From Mobula hypostoma (Eukaryota), in contig NC_086118.1 of NCBI RefSeq assembly GCF_963921235.1, positions 16,618,001-16,682,000 on the forward strand: a stretch of DNA of 64,000 nt, read 5' to 3'. Shown one piece after another: positions 25,078 to 38,490 of this stretch. The notes below the pieces were generated by a model, which made no database searches, was not told the DNA's origin, and saw nothing but the letters and a program-made list of their open reading frames with translations. Positions within the stretch are counted from its first letter, which is position 1. Each line of letters starts with the position of its first letter. The position numbers and the translations under genes were made by a program.

Positions 25078-26880
25078 ACTTCAGGAAGGGAGAGATGAGG
25101 AAACATACACCAGCCCTCGTAGAGGAATCAGAACCGGAGAGAGTGAGCAATTTCAAGTTCTTGGGTGTCAATATTTCTGAGGACCTAATTCGGACCCAAC
25201 ATATAGATGCAGCTATAAAGAAGATATGTCAGCAACTATATTTCATTAGGAGTTCGAGAAGATTTGGTATGTCAGCACAAACACTCACAAATTTCTTCAG
25301 GTATACTGTGGAGAGCATTCTAACTGGCTGCATCATCATCTGATATGGGGGGTGGGGCTACTGCACAGGCTCGAAGTAAGCTGCATAGAGTTGTAAAATT
25401 AGTCAGCTCCATCATGGGTACTAGTCATAGTCATAGTCATACTTTATTAATCCCAGGGGAAATCGGTTTTCATTACAGTTGCACCATAAATAATAAATAG
25501 TAATAGAACCATAAATAGTTAAATAGTAATATGTAAATTATGCCAGTAAATTATGAAATAAGTCCAGGACCAGCCTATTGGCTCAGGATGTCTGACCCTC
25601 CAAGGGAGGAGTTGTAAAGTTTGAAGGCCACAGGCGGGAATGACTTCCTATGACGCTCAGTGCTGCATCTCGGTGGAATGAGTCCCTGGCTGAATGTACT
25701 CTTGTGCCCAACCAGTACATTATGTAGTGGATGGGAGACATTGACCAAGATGGCATGCAGCTTAGACAGCATCATCTTTTTAGACACCACCGTGAGAGAG
25801 TCCAGTTCCATCCCCACAACATCACTGGCCTTACGAATGAGTTTATTGATTTTATTGGTGTCTGCCACCCTCAGCCTGCCGTCTCAGCACACAACAGCAA
25901 ACATGATAGCACTGGTCACCACAGCCTCGTAGAACATCCTCAGCATCGTCTGGCAGATGTTAAAGGACCTCAGTTTCCTCAGGAAATAGAGATGGCTCTG
26001 ACCCTTCTTGTAGACAGCCTCAGTGTTCTTTGACCAGTCCAGTTTATTGTCAATTCGTTTCCCCAGGTATATGTAATCCTCCACCATGTCCACACTGACC
26101 CCCTGGAAGGAAACAGGGGTCACTGGTACCTTAGCTCTCCTCAGGTCTACCACCAGCTCCTTAGTCTTTTTCACATTAAGCTGCTGATAATTCTGCTCAA
26201 ACCATGTGACAAAGTTTCCTACCGTAGCCCTGTACTCAACCTCATCTCCCTTTCTGATGCATCCAACTATGGCAGTGTCATCCGAAAACTTCTGAAGATG
26301 ACAAGACTCCGTGCAGTAGTTGAAGTCCGAGGTGTAAATGGTGAAGAGAAAGGGCGACAAGACAGTCCCCTGTGGAGCCCCAGTGCTGCTGATCACTCTG
26401 TCGGACACACAGTGTTGCAAGCACATGTACTGTGGTCTGCCAGTCAGGTAATCAAGAATCCATGATACCAGGGAAGCATCCACCTGCATCTCTCTGTAGA
26501 GTCCAGGATATTTTCAAGGAGTGGAGGCTCAAGAAGGTGGTGTCTATCATTAAGGACCCCTATCACCCAGGGCATGCCTTGTTCTCACTGCTTCCATCAG
26601 GAAGGAGGTACAGGAGCCTGAAGGCACACACTCAATGATTCAGAAACAGCTTCTTTCCCTTTGCCATCTGATTTCTGAGTGGACATTGAACCCATGAACA
26701 CTACCTCACTACTTTTTTTATTTCTATTTTTACACTACTTATTTCATTTGACTATTTAATATATGTATTCATACTGTAATTCACAGATCTTCTCTCTATT
26801 ATCATGTATTGCATTGAGCTGCTGCCTCAAAGTTAACAAATTTCACAACATATGCCGGTGATATCAAACCTGATTCTGAT
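25078..26880 (+). mobile_element. Rex1/Babar LINE 3' fragment split by a younger Rex1 insertion (host parts 25078-25426 and 26491-26880)
   Basis: ERVSNFKFLGVNISEDL..QLYFIRS..TVESILTGCII resumes after the insert as IIKDPYHPGHALFSLLPSGRRYRSLKAHTQ. (CTGATT) tail. Confidence 0.9.
25422..26490 (-). mobile_element. Young Rex1/Babar LINE, 5'-truncated (RT C-terminal half)
   Basis: WILDYLTGRPQ..TGAPQGTVLSPFLFTIYT..LQKFSDD..LNVKKTKELVVD. (ATGACT)n tail. Confidence 0.95.
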
Positions 26881-27449
26881 TGAAATAGCATGCCCTGCCC
26901 CACTCAAGCCAGAAGTATGCAGAATATGCAATTGGTAACATCAGTCATGGCAAATTGAGTTGTGATAATCCAGCCAGCAAAAAGAGTTATTCACACACGG
27001 GATACCTGCTGTTTAGCTGGAGGAAGGACTGACCCCCTACTGCCATGGCTGTCCCCTCCTCCCTACCTCTGGTATTTAAATTGATTTACAGGCTTGCTGT
27101 TGATTGGCAAGGGGGTCTGGGTGTTTGACAGAAATGTTTTGCATGCATCTCTGATGATGTAAGTCTGCCGCCTGCATTGAGGCTGCAGTGGTCGAAGCTC
27201 ACCTGTCATGGTCCATTTTCTTGGCAAAATGGATGTTCCCTTGGGTATTCAGAAAGGCAGGGAGCAGGATAAAACAGCTTAAGGACTATAGGTAAGTGGA
27301 GGAAGAGAAGAAGCATGCTGGTACAGGTCCTGTTCTAAGCAAACACAGGGCCCACAGCCTCCTATGCCTTGGCACAGTTAGTGCTTATTTCAATACTTGT
27401 GTGAATGCCTATTTCCACTGATCCCTCAGAGAGCGCATCCCGGATTCCA

Positions 27450-27800
27450 GTCAGAACCAGTGGCAGCTTTATTATTACTGACATATGTTGTGAAATATGT
27501 TGGTTTGCAGCAGCAGTAGAAAAACAGTTTCTATAAATTGCAATAAATATATTAAAAATAAATAAATAGTGCAGAGAGAGAAAAATCATGAGGTAGTGTC
27601 TGTGGGTTCATCAATGGTTCATCAGAACACTTCAGTAACCTTATGCTGGAGGGGAAGAAGCTGTTCTTCAAACGTTAAGTGTGCATCTTTAGGCGTCTAT
27701 ACCTCCTTGCTGATGGTAGTAATGAGGAGAGGGGATGAGGGTGGTGATTGTCCTTAATGACGGGTTCTTCCTTCATGAGGCAGTCTTTGATGGTGGGAAA
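27450..27800 (-). mobile_element. Rex1/Babar LINE 3' end, degenerate
   Basis: ggggaagaagctgttctt..tatacctccttgctgatggtag..gtccttaatga is the reverse of the LPSGRRY/NSFFP region. Confidence 0.75.
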
Positions 27801-28365
27801 ATCATTTGTGTGAAAAAAATCCCTCGAAACTTCTTACTGCCTTACCCCAAACTCTAGTTTTAGACACATGCTGAGGGGGACATGTTTTCTCCTATCTGAC
27901 CTATATGAACTATACATAATTTGTCAGTTTTCCCCTCAGCTTCCTCTGCTCCAAGGAAAATAAACATGGCCCATAGAGTATTTCCCTCATAGTTGAAAAG
28001 CTCCATCACAAGCAACACTGTGGTGAACTTGCTTTGCCTGTAAATTATATCTGATCTGTGATGACCAGAAGCGCACACAGTACTCCAGCTACGACATAAC
28101 CAATGTTTCATAAAGTTGTCGTTCCTTATGTTCTATACCTTAGTGAATGAAGGCAGGTAGTGTATCCTAAGCACTTCCTTCATTTGCATTGCCACCTTCG
28201 GGGATCACTGTACTTGAACACCAAGGTCCCTCTGTTCCTCAAATCATCCAAGGAACAGACTATGTCCTACCCTTATTGGAACGCCCAAAGTGCATCAGCG
28301 TGTGATTCAGGGTTAAATTCCACCTGCCATCATTCAGCCTACCTAACCAACAGATTAATATAATT
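27800..28365 (-). mobile_element. CR1 LINE fragment, degenerate
   Basis: Minus frames give HFGRSNKGRT, LEYCVRFWS, FFHT. Confidence 0.75.
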
Positions 28366-28799
28366 TTTACACCATCTGCAAGAAAGCTCAGAATGACAAA
28401 TGAAAGAAATTGAAATGGATTACTTGATCTGCTTATAATATGACCTGTACTGATACCTACACTGCCACTGACCATGAATTCTCTAGCAATAGAATTAGTT
28501 CTGGCCAGTTCTCTCTTCCAGCTACAGAAATGATGTACTTTGGCTTCTGTGCATTCCCAATCCACCCAGGTCTGGAGTGCAGCCTTGGTTGTATACTGCT
28601 TTCTCCTATGAGAAAAGGAATTGCCTAGGAATGTATCTCGGCAATGTGTCTGCCAATGATCTAATTGTTAGCAATGTGTGAAGTGAAGCTGTGAGGTTCA
28701 AGTATGATGTTTAGAGTATAGATAAGTGCGTGAAAAGGTGGTGGGACACATGAACGTTTCATCAACAGGCTTGAAAAAAATATTTCTGGTAAACAATCA

Positions 28800-29367
28800 C
28801 CGCAAGCATGGAGAGGTGAGCAGAGGTGAGGCAGAATCGAACCCGTCCACTAAAACCGACAGTGAGGAAAGACCCGCGATTTGATGAATCTAAATGCCAG
28901 GCTGATTTGGAAAGGTCAGTTACGGGCCGAAACGTGGCAGTGGAGTCCAGGCTCAGAGCGTATCGAAGCAGCAAGGCCTGGATCCCAGAGCTTATCAAAG
29001 TGCCAGGGCCCAGACCCTAGAGGGAGGAATAACCTGATGTTAAATGTCGAGCCAGATTGAAAAGGCGGGGTGTCAGGACCAGAGGCAAGGGTCAGGCTGG
29101 TTCTGCATGCTGGTCCGTGACATTTACTTGGCTCTGCGCTGACCTGAAGCTGTGGCCTGCTCTGATTGCTCCAGACTCACTTTTGTTCTGAATGCTATTC
29201 CCTTACTTCTATTGTTTGCACGATTTGTTCTTTTTTTCTCTCTGCTCATTGGGTGTTTGATGCTTTTCTTTTTTAATGGATTCTTGTGGGTTTCTTTGTT
29301 TTGGAGAGGAATCTCAAGGTTGTATAATGTATACATACCTTGATCACAAATGTACTTTAAACTTTGA
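28800..29367 (+). mobile_element. Non-coding element with GC/CpG-rich head and Rex1-type tail
   Basis: Tail gaatctcaaggttgtataat..aaatgtacttt is shared with 7535-7625. No coding signature in the head. Confidence 0.6.
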
Positions 29368-29849
29368 TAGACGCTACTGTTAGATTAGTACATATAGACT
29401 GAGGTGATGTGTGAGGGTAGTTGTGGAGAAATGTGATTCAATGACCACACAAATGACCTACGCAACCTAATTTGGCTTGTCAAAGCGTCTCACAGAACTA
29501 GGCGCCATGGGTATGCACTAAGACAACAAATATTGCAGTTAGCTCAATATTGAGATAATGAGTTAGGAGCTCACATCTCATCGACTGGTTGTGGGTTACT
29601 CCGATATCACAATGCCTGTGCATGCTTTTCTGCTCTATCCAGTCTCTCCCACAATATTTTGCCTCAAGCACTGATGAGGTATCTGCTGTCTTAACACTGT
29701 CACTGGAATGGTTCAATTTTCCTCAATGATTAGACATGGATACCAGATTCTAAAGTGCCAACTCACCAAACTAAACCTTCTCAGTTACACTCAGTCTTCT
29801 AAAACTTAATTCATTGACAAAGTTGGGTGCGATCAAGAAAGAAAACTTT

Positions 29850-30590
29850 TTTCAGTCTTTCTCATAGCAATGCTGCACTCACCTCCTTCATGCTGAGTGA
29901 AGCCATGATAGAGGAAATGTAATCAGATGGAAAGCTGTTCAACCTACGTCACTTCCTCTCAAAAACCAAGATAACCCTAATTTCAGTCCTGGAGCTGCAG
30001 TATACAGATGATGTTAGTTCAGAAGCCATTGACAGCTCCATCAGTGATTGAGTAGGACTCATACTAACTGGCCACACAGCAAAGGTCCTCCCGCTGCACA
30101 ATGACGCCTGATAATAAAGGTTTGTAACAAAACAGACATCATTGGAGGCACTTCTCAGAACATTAGATAAAATTCTCCAGTGCCTTCAGTTTTCAGTCAC
30201 GTGAGGAAAAATGTGTTTGAAGAACACACAGCTCATGGACTTCTGGCCACCAGTGATCCCTCTGATCACCTAGAACAGATATTTCAAAGCACTGTGAGTG
30301 ATCACCAACATTAACTCCACAAAATGCTCTAAGTCAACTGGTAAGATAAGAGAACAGATGTTGGCAACCTCTTCAAGGCCAACTGCCCCAGTACTTACAA
30401 TCTAAGTACTCAGCTACCTCCAGTAGCCAGACTATATTGTTCACATATTTGATATCATATTTCCAATTTAGACACCTAGTCCATGCAAGAATTGAACCAG
30501 GTGAACTTAGAAATAGATTCAATGATGTTCTCAATGCTTTTTTGAAACAAATGCGGTATTCCCACTGACCATGATATCTGTTAGGGCATA
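29850..30590 (+). mobile_element. RTE-BovB-clade LINE fragment, heavily decayed
   Basis: 29926-30012 translates DGKLFNLRHFLSKTKITLISVLELQYTDD, the BovB-type RT signature preceding the catalytic DD. Confidence 0.8.
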
Positions 30591-30693
30591 TTCTGAAGTT
30601 ACGGTATATAACAAATATTAATTTCAGCAGCAACCAGTCTTCAGATCTAATGTGGATTGTAGATTGGGTTTAAAATGTAGCTCATAACAATGG

Positions 30694-31068
30694 TGTTCTT
30701 GGAGCTGCAGACTGAGGTTGACTGCAAACAAGGAAACATACCATTGACTTGCGATGTCTGCATATGCATGAATGCAATCTAGAGTCAGTGGGGATTAACA
30801 TTTGGGTGTCTGGGGTGTTGGTGTGAAGATCTAGGTGTTTGAAAATGATTTGTAATTCAAAGGAAGCATTGTGGATATATTGTAACTGGAGAATTATCCT
30901 GCCTTTATCTTTGATCTTTAGCATATAAAAATGTCATGTAATATTGGGTCAGAGAGATCTCTTTTTCCGTGAGTGTCTCCAGTATGATGCCCACTTGCTT
31001 TGCTGAATAAAGACTTCTATATCCATTAGCTTCGGTGTCTCCTGGTGACTTTGTTCATAGTCACAACA
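30694..31068 (+). mobile_element. Probable solo LTR
   Basis: TGTT...AACA ends, flanks atgg/atgt, TATAAAA (~30925), AATAAA (~31007). Confidence 0.5.
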
Positions 31069-32892
31069 ATGTTTCTGACCCAAGGTACCTCAAAACAGAG
31101 AAGGAATATGAAGAAGTCCAATGTGATTGATGGAAGGAGCGTAGCACCACCCAAACTGTCACTACCCACTCTGTGTATGATCTCTCTTAGCCAGACTGGC
31201 CTCATCAGCTACTTCAGAACCCGAAGAACAAGAGAGAAAGAAATTATTCTTAAAAAATTATTATTAATTCTGATGGACTGCTTCAAAACTGAGCTATTTC
31301 AATATCATTTATGGAGCAAGTTTGTTGTCTGTTTTCCATCTTGTTCACATCCACATGCTTTAAATTTAATTTCTCAATATTTTTCCATATCAAATACAAA
31401 GTTTCACATTTTCCCCAAAATTGGCCAAGTCAGCTAAAAATCACGTCTTTTCAACCTTTAACAATACTTCAAAACAAAAACAAAAAATCATGTTTCAACC
31501 CATTGATTTTTTCTTGACCTTTTAAGGACATTCATAAAATTGAACTTCCTTCTGCTGAAAGATTTTTGCTAAAAAAATACTTAATTTATTAAGAAACTGA
31601 TGACCATACATCAATGATACCCGTAACTGATTCTGAATTTTTTTGAGTGATTTGAAATAAAGAAAATTATCTGTGGTGGAAGAGATACTGTAGTGGATGA
31701 AAATACTGTATACCATGTTACCAATCTTAAATTTATTGCTGAATTATTGTCGCACAGAAAGTGACCATTCATCCTGTCCTAGGTATTTGCTGAGCAATTC
31801 AGTCTAATTTCCAAAATATTTTCCAGATCTTTATTAAACTTGTAAATATATATAAAATTCTCTATTCAAAACTACAATGGAATCTGCATCCAGCACATTT
31901 TCAACCTGTATAGTTCAGATCATAACAACTTGACATTGTTATGCCAACCCCTAGATTTATTGTCATTAACTCTAAATTTGTGTCCCAGGGTCCTTGATTT
32001 TGCTGCTGAACATTCTCCCTTCTCCATTCTACCTCATCTGCCTTCATTAAGATTTTTGCTTACCGACAGTGGCTCACTGAGGATTTTACATTTGAAAATA
32101 GGCAAATAAGCTTGTCTGGAAACGTGAGTAAAATGTTCAGTTCAAAAAATCCTTGCAATCTTGAACTTCACTTCATTTGAACTCCTGATTATGTGTAAAG
32201 AGAGAACACTTCCCTATTTTGTCAACCATCTTCTGGAATTTCTCGTTTTCTAATCATGTGTTTGCACGAAAATACTACTCATTAACCATAATAATCAGTG
32301 AGATTTCAGTGACACGGTAACTTACTGTTTTTAAACCAGTACTTATACCCTAATTTGCTTAATATTTTGCGCTGTCTTTAGAAGTAATGACTTCTTTCTG
32401 TATTCCTGATTTGCTGCAAACATTGCAGGTACCAACAGTATCACTGCTTGACTCATCAATCTTCCCTGATCGTTTTCCCCTTTGCTCTAAATTGTTACAT
32501 TTCTACAATTCTTTGATAATAACTGGAAGAATTCTAGGAATGCACACTCATTCGTTTTGGGCTGCAGGTTCATGTTATTTTGTTACCTCTTCATCATAGG
32601 ATGAGGACATTGCCAGCACACATCTCCGATTCCCCCTGAGAAGATCACAATGATCCTCCTTCTTGAGCCACTGTTGTCAATCTGATGAAATACTCCTGCC
32701 GTTCTGCTGGATAAAAGCTCTAGGTTGTACATCTCTGACAGTGACCAAACTGTGATGTACATCCAAGTCACAATGAATGTGACTTGGCAGGCCACTTGCA
32801 GGTGGTGGTGCTTCCAGTGTCCTTGTCTTTCTTACTGGTGCAGCTCATAGGATTTTGAAGATGCTACCAATGTAGCTAAGGTGAGGAGATGG

Positions 32893-33118
32893 TGTAGTAC
32901 ATTTAATATTTCAGTAATATTTGAGTAAAATTGTAGATATGTTTGATTAAGCATTCCTTGTTTGTTTACATAATTCATCATGGATTATATGTAAGAAGTA
33001 TGTGAATGGCATACGTCATGATGCCATCACACCTTACTAAAAGAAATGGAAAAAAATTAGGTAGACAAAGCTCCTGTGTTTTTCTTTCAAGTAGTTTCTG
33101 GAGTTGCAAAACATTACA
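32893..33118 (+). repeat. 5' LTR of Gypsy element
   Basis: TG...CA. Shares tttaatat.tcagtaatatttga, aagtatgtgaatggc.tacgtca and gtagacaa.gctcctgt with the 3' LTR. Confidence 0.85.
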
Positions 33119-33339
33119 GTGTCAACAAGTAGGCTTTAAACCAAATCCAAGATGGCTATCTACCTAATGAAGCACAGCATGATTTTCTTCACAAGGGGAG
33201 GGAGAACTTCATGTTAAAAAAGCACAGCACGTGTTTCTTTAAGTTTAAAAAAGGCAGAATATAGACGAAGTTCATGGGTTCATAAACAGTGAGCATTGGG
33301 TGATAATAACATCAAATTTGATTAAAAAAAAGCAGAAAT

Positions 33340-36300
33340 GGATGACTACATCGGAAATATAGTTGTGTTCCATTGCACAACAGATAATTGGATGAAGAAT
33401 ACTGAATGAATTGAACAGTATTTTAAAGCAAATAGAATAGCTGATAAGAAACCAGTGCCAGTGTTGCTGAGTGTAATAGGTGAAAAAGCATATGTTTTGC
33501 TAAGTTTGCTAAGACTGCTCCAACCAAACCAGCTGAAATGAGCGTTGCTGATATCTTGAAAGCAATGCAGGAATATTTAGAACCAAAATTATTGTTGAAT
33601 GCCTTAGATTTCATAAGTGGAATCAAAATGAAATGGAATCCATTTCAGCATATGTGGCTGAAATGAAGAAATTCTCTGAGTATTTTCAGTACAGTGATGG
33701 GCTTAATATTGTACTGAAAGATTGTTTAGTTTGTAGAATCTTACAAGAAAGCACAACTCACATTTAAAATATCAGTTGAAATTGCCATATCAATGGAAAC
33801 AGCAGTCAAAGACATAATTGAATTGCACTCAGGAATGAAAGTGAGCATGAACAAAATTGCAACATTGAAACAGAAACCTGCCTGGCTGAACAAATTGTGC
33901 TACCATTGTGGCAAGGGCCACCAGACCAACACAGGATTAAGTGTAAAACCTGCAGTAAATGCAACAAAGTAGGACACATGTCAGAGAGAGGGAAATAAAG
34001 GGAGGAAAAAAGATAAAAAGTCAAATTGCAATTTCAAAAAAGAGCACTAATCAAACTGCTGCTGATGAAAATGCCAATAATGATGAGAGTGACACAGGAC
34101 TGTGTGGCCTTGAGATTTACAATATGTAAACTGACAAAGGAGAAGCAATATCGCTTACATCAGAAGTTAACGGGAAATTAATTAAAATGGAATTGGACAC
34201 TGGCTCAGCCAGTGTATCGGTCATTCCACAAGATGAGTTTGAACGGCATTTCAAAGATACTGAACTGAGGCCTGCAGATATCCAAATAAGAACTTAAACT
34301 GGAGAAAAAATAACTCCTGTGGGAATGACATTCATAGCTGTGTAATACAACCAACAAGCCACATTGTGCTTGCATGTGATAAGAACAGGAGGATGTCACA
34401 GCAATGTTCAAGGACGGCATTGGAAAAGTCAAACGTAACATAGGTAAAATATTATTAAATGAAAATGCTACACCCAAGTTTTACAAAGCCTGTCCAGTTC
34501 CTTATATCATCTGTGATAAAAGTAGCCAGACAGCTCAATCTCACTGAGGCTGAAGGAATTCTTTCCAAGGCTGAGTGGGGTCCATGGGCAACATTAATGT
34601 TCCCAGTAGCCAAGAAAGATGGGTCTGTCAGGAGCTGTCGTGATTTTAATGTCACCTTCAACCCAGTATTGAAAGTAGATCAATACCCTTTTCCCAGGAT
34701 GGAGGATATATTTGCAAACCTTTCTGGAGGGAAACACTTCAGCAAAGTGCATAGCTGAAGCCTACCTATAGATGGAGGTGGCAGAAGGTCCAAATTATAT
34801 CTTGCCATAAACTCTCACAAAGGGCTTTATCACTATAATAGGCTTACTTTTGGAGTAGCATCTTCACCTGGCCTTTGACAGAAAGCTATGGACCAGGTAT
34901 TGCGAAGATGCCCAGGCACTCAGTGTTACCTGGATGACACCATTGTTACCAGTGAGGATTTCAAGGAACATCTCCAAAATCTCAAGACAGTCATAAAAAA
35001 CATTAGAAGATTATGGGCATGACCTGATAAAGATTGCGCATGTGGATGCCCCAAGAACAAAAGACATGTCGGAGTTGTGGTTCTTACAGGTTCCTGCCAA
35101 ACCTGGCTACTGTGCTCCACCCTTTGAAATCATTACTACAGATCTGGAAGAATTTGTAATGGACAAAGCAGTGTGCGGTGGCTTTCAAAAAGGCAAAGGA
35201 AATGGTGACATCAGACACTGTACTCGCACATTATAACCTATATCATCCAGTGAAGCTTGCCTGTGATGCTTTGCATTATGGTACAGGTGCTGTCATGTCA
35301 AATGTTATGAACACCCCCTAGCCTTTGCATCACTTTCCCTTATTGCTGCAGAGAAAAACGATGCATAGATTGACAGAGAGGTCTTGAGTCCTGTTCGGGG
35401 TGTAAAATATTTCAACCATTACTTGTATGGGAGAGTCTACCTGCATTACTGATCATCAGTCTCTGGTTTCCATTATCATTCCACAGAAGAGTGTTCCACT
35501 AACAGCAGCAGCATGAAGACAGAGATGGGCTGTTTCTTGGAGGACACAATTGCAAGATTGAATTCAATCGTGGAAATGTTAATGGATTGTCCCATTTATC
35601 TTTGGAAAGGAAGTGCAATCTCCCAATTATGGCAGAGATGATCCAAAGCAAAACCAGAAAAGACTCCACACTGTCTCAGGTCTACATGGTCACCCAAAAT
35701 GGAAAATGGATGGAGTGCGCAGTTGAAATTCCAGTTCCACCATTTTTACCAGCGCCGGGATGAATGCCCTTGACAGGGATTGCCTTATGAAGGAACTGAG
35801 AGTTGTTTAACCATCCATGCTGAGACCAAAAGTGTTGGAGGAGTGACATGCTGTTCATCTAGGCATGGTCAAAATGAAAGCATTGGCTTGATTTGTCTGG
35901 TGGCCTGGGATAGAGCAGAAGATCAAGCATCTTGCCATGCACTGTTCAGGATGCCAACACGTCCAGAAGATGCCAAGAGCAGTGCCCCTCCATCCCTAGA
36001 AATGGCCTGCATTACCCTGTCAGAGGATTCCCACCATTCATGGGCATGATTTTCTTGGTGTGGTGGATGCAGCCACAAAGTGGCCAGAAATGTTCCCAAT
36101 AACCTCTACTGCAGCTCAGCACACTGTTGATGTGTTAAGAAGTCTCTTCTCAAGGATTGGTTCTCCTGAACACTTAGTCGGTGATTATGGATCACAGTTT
36201 GTTGCGTAACAGTTTCAGTCATTCCTGAAAATGAATAGAATAAGACATGGACCGTACCATCCAGCCAGAAATGGCTAGGCAGAAAGGTTTGCCGAGAATC

Positions 36301-36690
36301 GAAAAAACACACTGTGAGCAATGTCAGCAGAACACCCCACACTGACACTGAACCAGAAGCTCACCAATTTCCTCTTTGCTTATCACAATGCAGAGCACTC
36401 CAAAACCAACATCTCACAGGCTATCCTGTTCCAGGAGATCCTGCACTCACACTTGGATGTCCTCAAACCCAATCTCAGAAGGAGTATGCAAGACAAACAG
36501 CTGAGACAGATTGGAGGCTCCTCAGACAAAGAGGTTCTATGTTTCGCTCCTGGACAAGCAGTCCTTGCGATGGACTACAGAGGTGATGTAAAGTGGGTAC
36601 CTGGAAAGTTTAAGGACGGAACTGAACCACTCTCCTACACAGCGGAGAGCCTGACGTCACCTGGGAATAGCACATCATTCAGTTGAGGAG
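33340..36690 (+). pseudogene. Gypsy gag-pol pseudogene
   Basis: Two Zn-knuckle remnants (~33897-33980); IKMELDTGSA at 34181; KKDGSVRSCRDF..DQYPFPRMEDIF; CYLDD at 34924; VKLACDA at 35250; VDAATKWPE ~36062; PYHPARNG*AERF at 36252. Many stops. Confidence 0.9.
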
Positions 36691-37027
36691 AGCAAAGTCA
36701 ATTGCCAGACAAGATAGGTGTCCAGAATGTCCGAACCACATCTTGCAGGCCAAGAGTCAACTCCTACAATCACCACACAGGAGGCCCCAGAACCGCCTTG
36801 TCTGGAAAGATGTTATCTGACAAGAGTCAGAAATCCTCCACAGTGATTAAACCTTCAGGCCTGAATGGGACAATTTAAAACTTACTATGCTGTGAATGTC
36901 TGTATAGTAATTGCATTATATAGTATACTGTGTGTATACCTTTTAAGATCACTAGAGAGCAATATGATACATATGAGTTGAGATGCATTCTATATTGAGT
37001 TGGAGTTTATAGCTAGGCAGGGAGGAG

Positions 37028-37213
37028 TGTTGTGTATTTAATATATCAGTAATATTTGACTAATATTGTAAATATATTGTTTGGTTAAGTATGTGAATGG
37101 CCTACGTCACTATGCCACCACACTACATGTGAGCACCTCACTAAAAGGAAAGAAAAGTAAGTAGACAAGGCTCCTGTATTTTTCATTTGATTAGATTCTG
37201 GAGTTACATAACA
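37028..37213 (+). repeat. 3' LTR of Gypsy element
   Basis: TGTTG...TAACA directly after a polypurine tract; homologous to the 5' LTR with indels. Confidence 0.85.
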
Positions 37214-37399
37214 ACTGCACACACTGTGATCCAGTGATGTAGAATATGGATACTTAGGGTGATGAACAAGTGAGCAGCTTTGTTATGAATGGCGTTGAGC
37301 TCATTTGAGAATTGCTGGAGTTGTGCTTACCCGGGTGGGTATTCCCTTGTATTAATCTCTTGTGTCTTGTAGATAGGAAGTCAAGAACCCATTTACGCT

Positions 37400-37645
37400 A
37401 ATTCCAATTTATTCTCCTATTATTGCCACCAGCTCCTCACAGATCCTGCTTCCCGGAGTGAGCAATTAATCTATTAGCCTGCCATTCTTTGGAATGTAGG
37501 CGTAAACTAGTGAATTCAATGGGAAACCCATGTGGTAATCAGGAGAACAAGCAATCTCCAGACAGACAGTATCCAAGGTCAGGATTGATAGAGAGTCATT
37601 GGAGCTCTAAGGAAAGAGTTATGCTAGCTCCATCATCACGTTCCC
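37400..37645 (-). mobile_element. V-SINE fragment, old
   Basis: tctttggaatgtagg..gggaaacccatgtggt..caatctccagacagacag..ggtcaggattga. Confidence 0.6.
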
Positions 37646-38394
37646 TGCCAGGTACACAACAGAATGAACTCATGCTGTTCATCTGTTAATCTGTCACCAC
37701 TTCCACTATATTTGTGATCAGCTTTCGCGGTATCCACATTTTGACCGCCCACGGATGCCTAGTGGGTTGTATTAGTTCACTTCCAAAGCCTTGTATTGTG
37801 CACTCACTGACATCACGGTGATATGAGGCAGATCTGAATACCAGCAAGTCACCAAAAACTTCCAACATTCATGAATAATATCAAAACTGTATACACAGTC
37901 AAATAAAACACACAGTGAGGAGACGGTTAAGGCAGTAAGCTGTAGCTCGAGCTGAACTTTGAGACACTTTTTTGTGCTGTGGAATGCATCCACAGAGGAA
38001 ACAAGGTTGAAATATCTCAAAGTTCCAACCTACAACAGCTGACAAAAATCTACACATCCTCTCTGTCTGTGATCAAGAAGAGGGATCGTCTCCAGAGGTG
38101 AAACAAGTGCACTATAAATAAAGATAGCTGCGTCCACTCCTCCTCTCTGACAACTGCAGTACAGATGTTGGCTTGCAACACCTTTCATTTCTTTGAGTAA
38201 AAATACTGATGTTAGGTAGGGTTTCCTCTTTTTTACATATTCGGTCTGTGCACATCCATTACTGTGGCTATGAATGGACTTTTTGCTGTCAAATTGGGGT
38301 TTGGCAAGGCATGCCACCAAAGCTGCTGCTCCCTCAGAACCATCATTTAGCACCTTGCAGAAGGGGATACAGAACAGGGAGCAAAATTGCTAAC

Positions 38395-38490
38395 TTCGGA
38401 GCAATAAACAGTCTGCTGGAGGAACTCAGTGGATTGAGCAGCGTCCGTAGGAGAGAGGGGATCTGTCAATGTTTTACATCGGAATCCTGA
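38395..38490 (-). mobile_element. Decayed PLE terminus fragment
   Basis: ctgctggaggaactcagtggattgagcagcgtccgtagg..gtcaatgttt. Confidence 0.55.

Larger units (their letters stand above)
32893..37213 (+). mobile_element. Gypsy/Ty3 LTR retrotransposon, full length but decayed
   Basis: Two related LTRs, PBS-like gtgtcaacaag, PPT aggcagggaggag, and domain order gag-PR-RT-RH-IN. Confidence 0.93.
32590..37380 (-). mobile_element. Old CR1/L2-group LINE 3' fragment (32590-32892 and 37214-37380) interrupted by the Gypsy element
   Basis: ccctgagaag..ccttcttgagccactg is the reverse of the 3890-3925 motif. Similar sequence appears to resume after the 3' LTR. Confidence 0.55.

Noticed and set aside
32888..37218. 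TSD for the Gypsy element
   Set aside because: Flanks gatgg and actgc do not match; none claimed.
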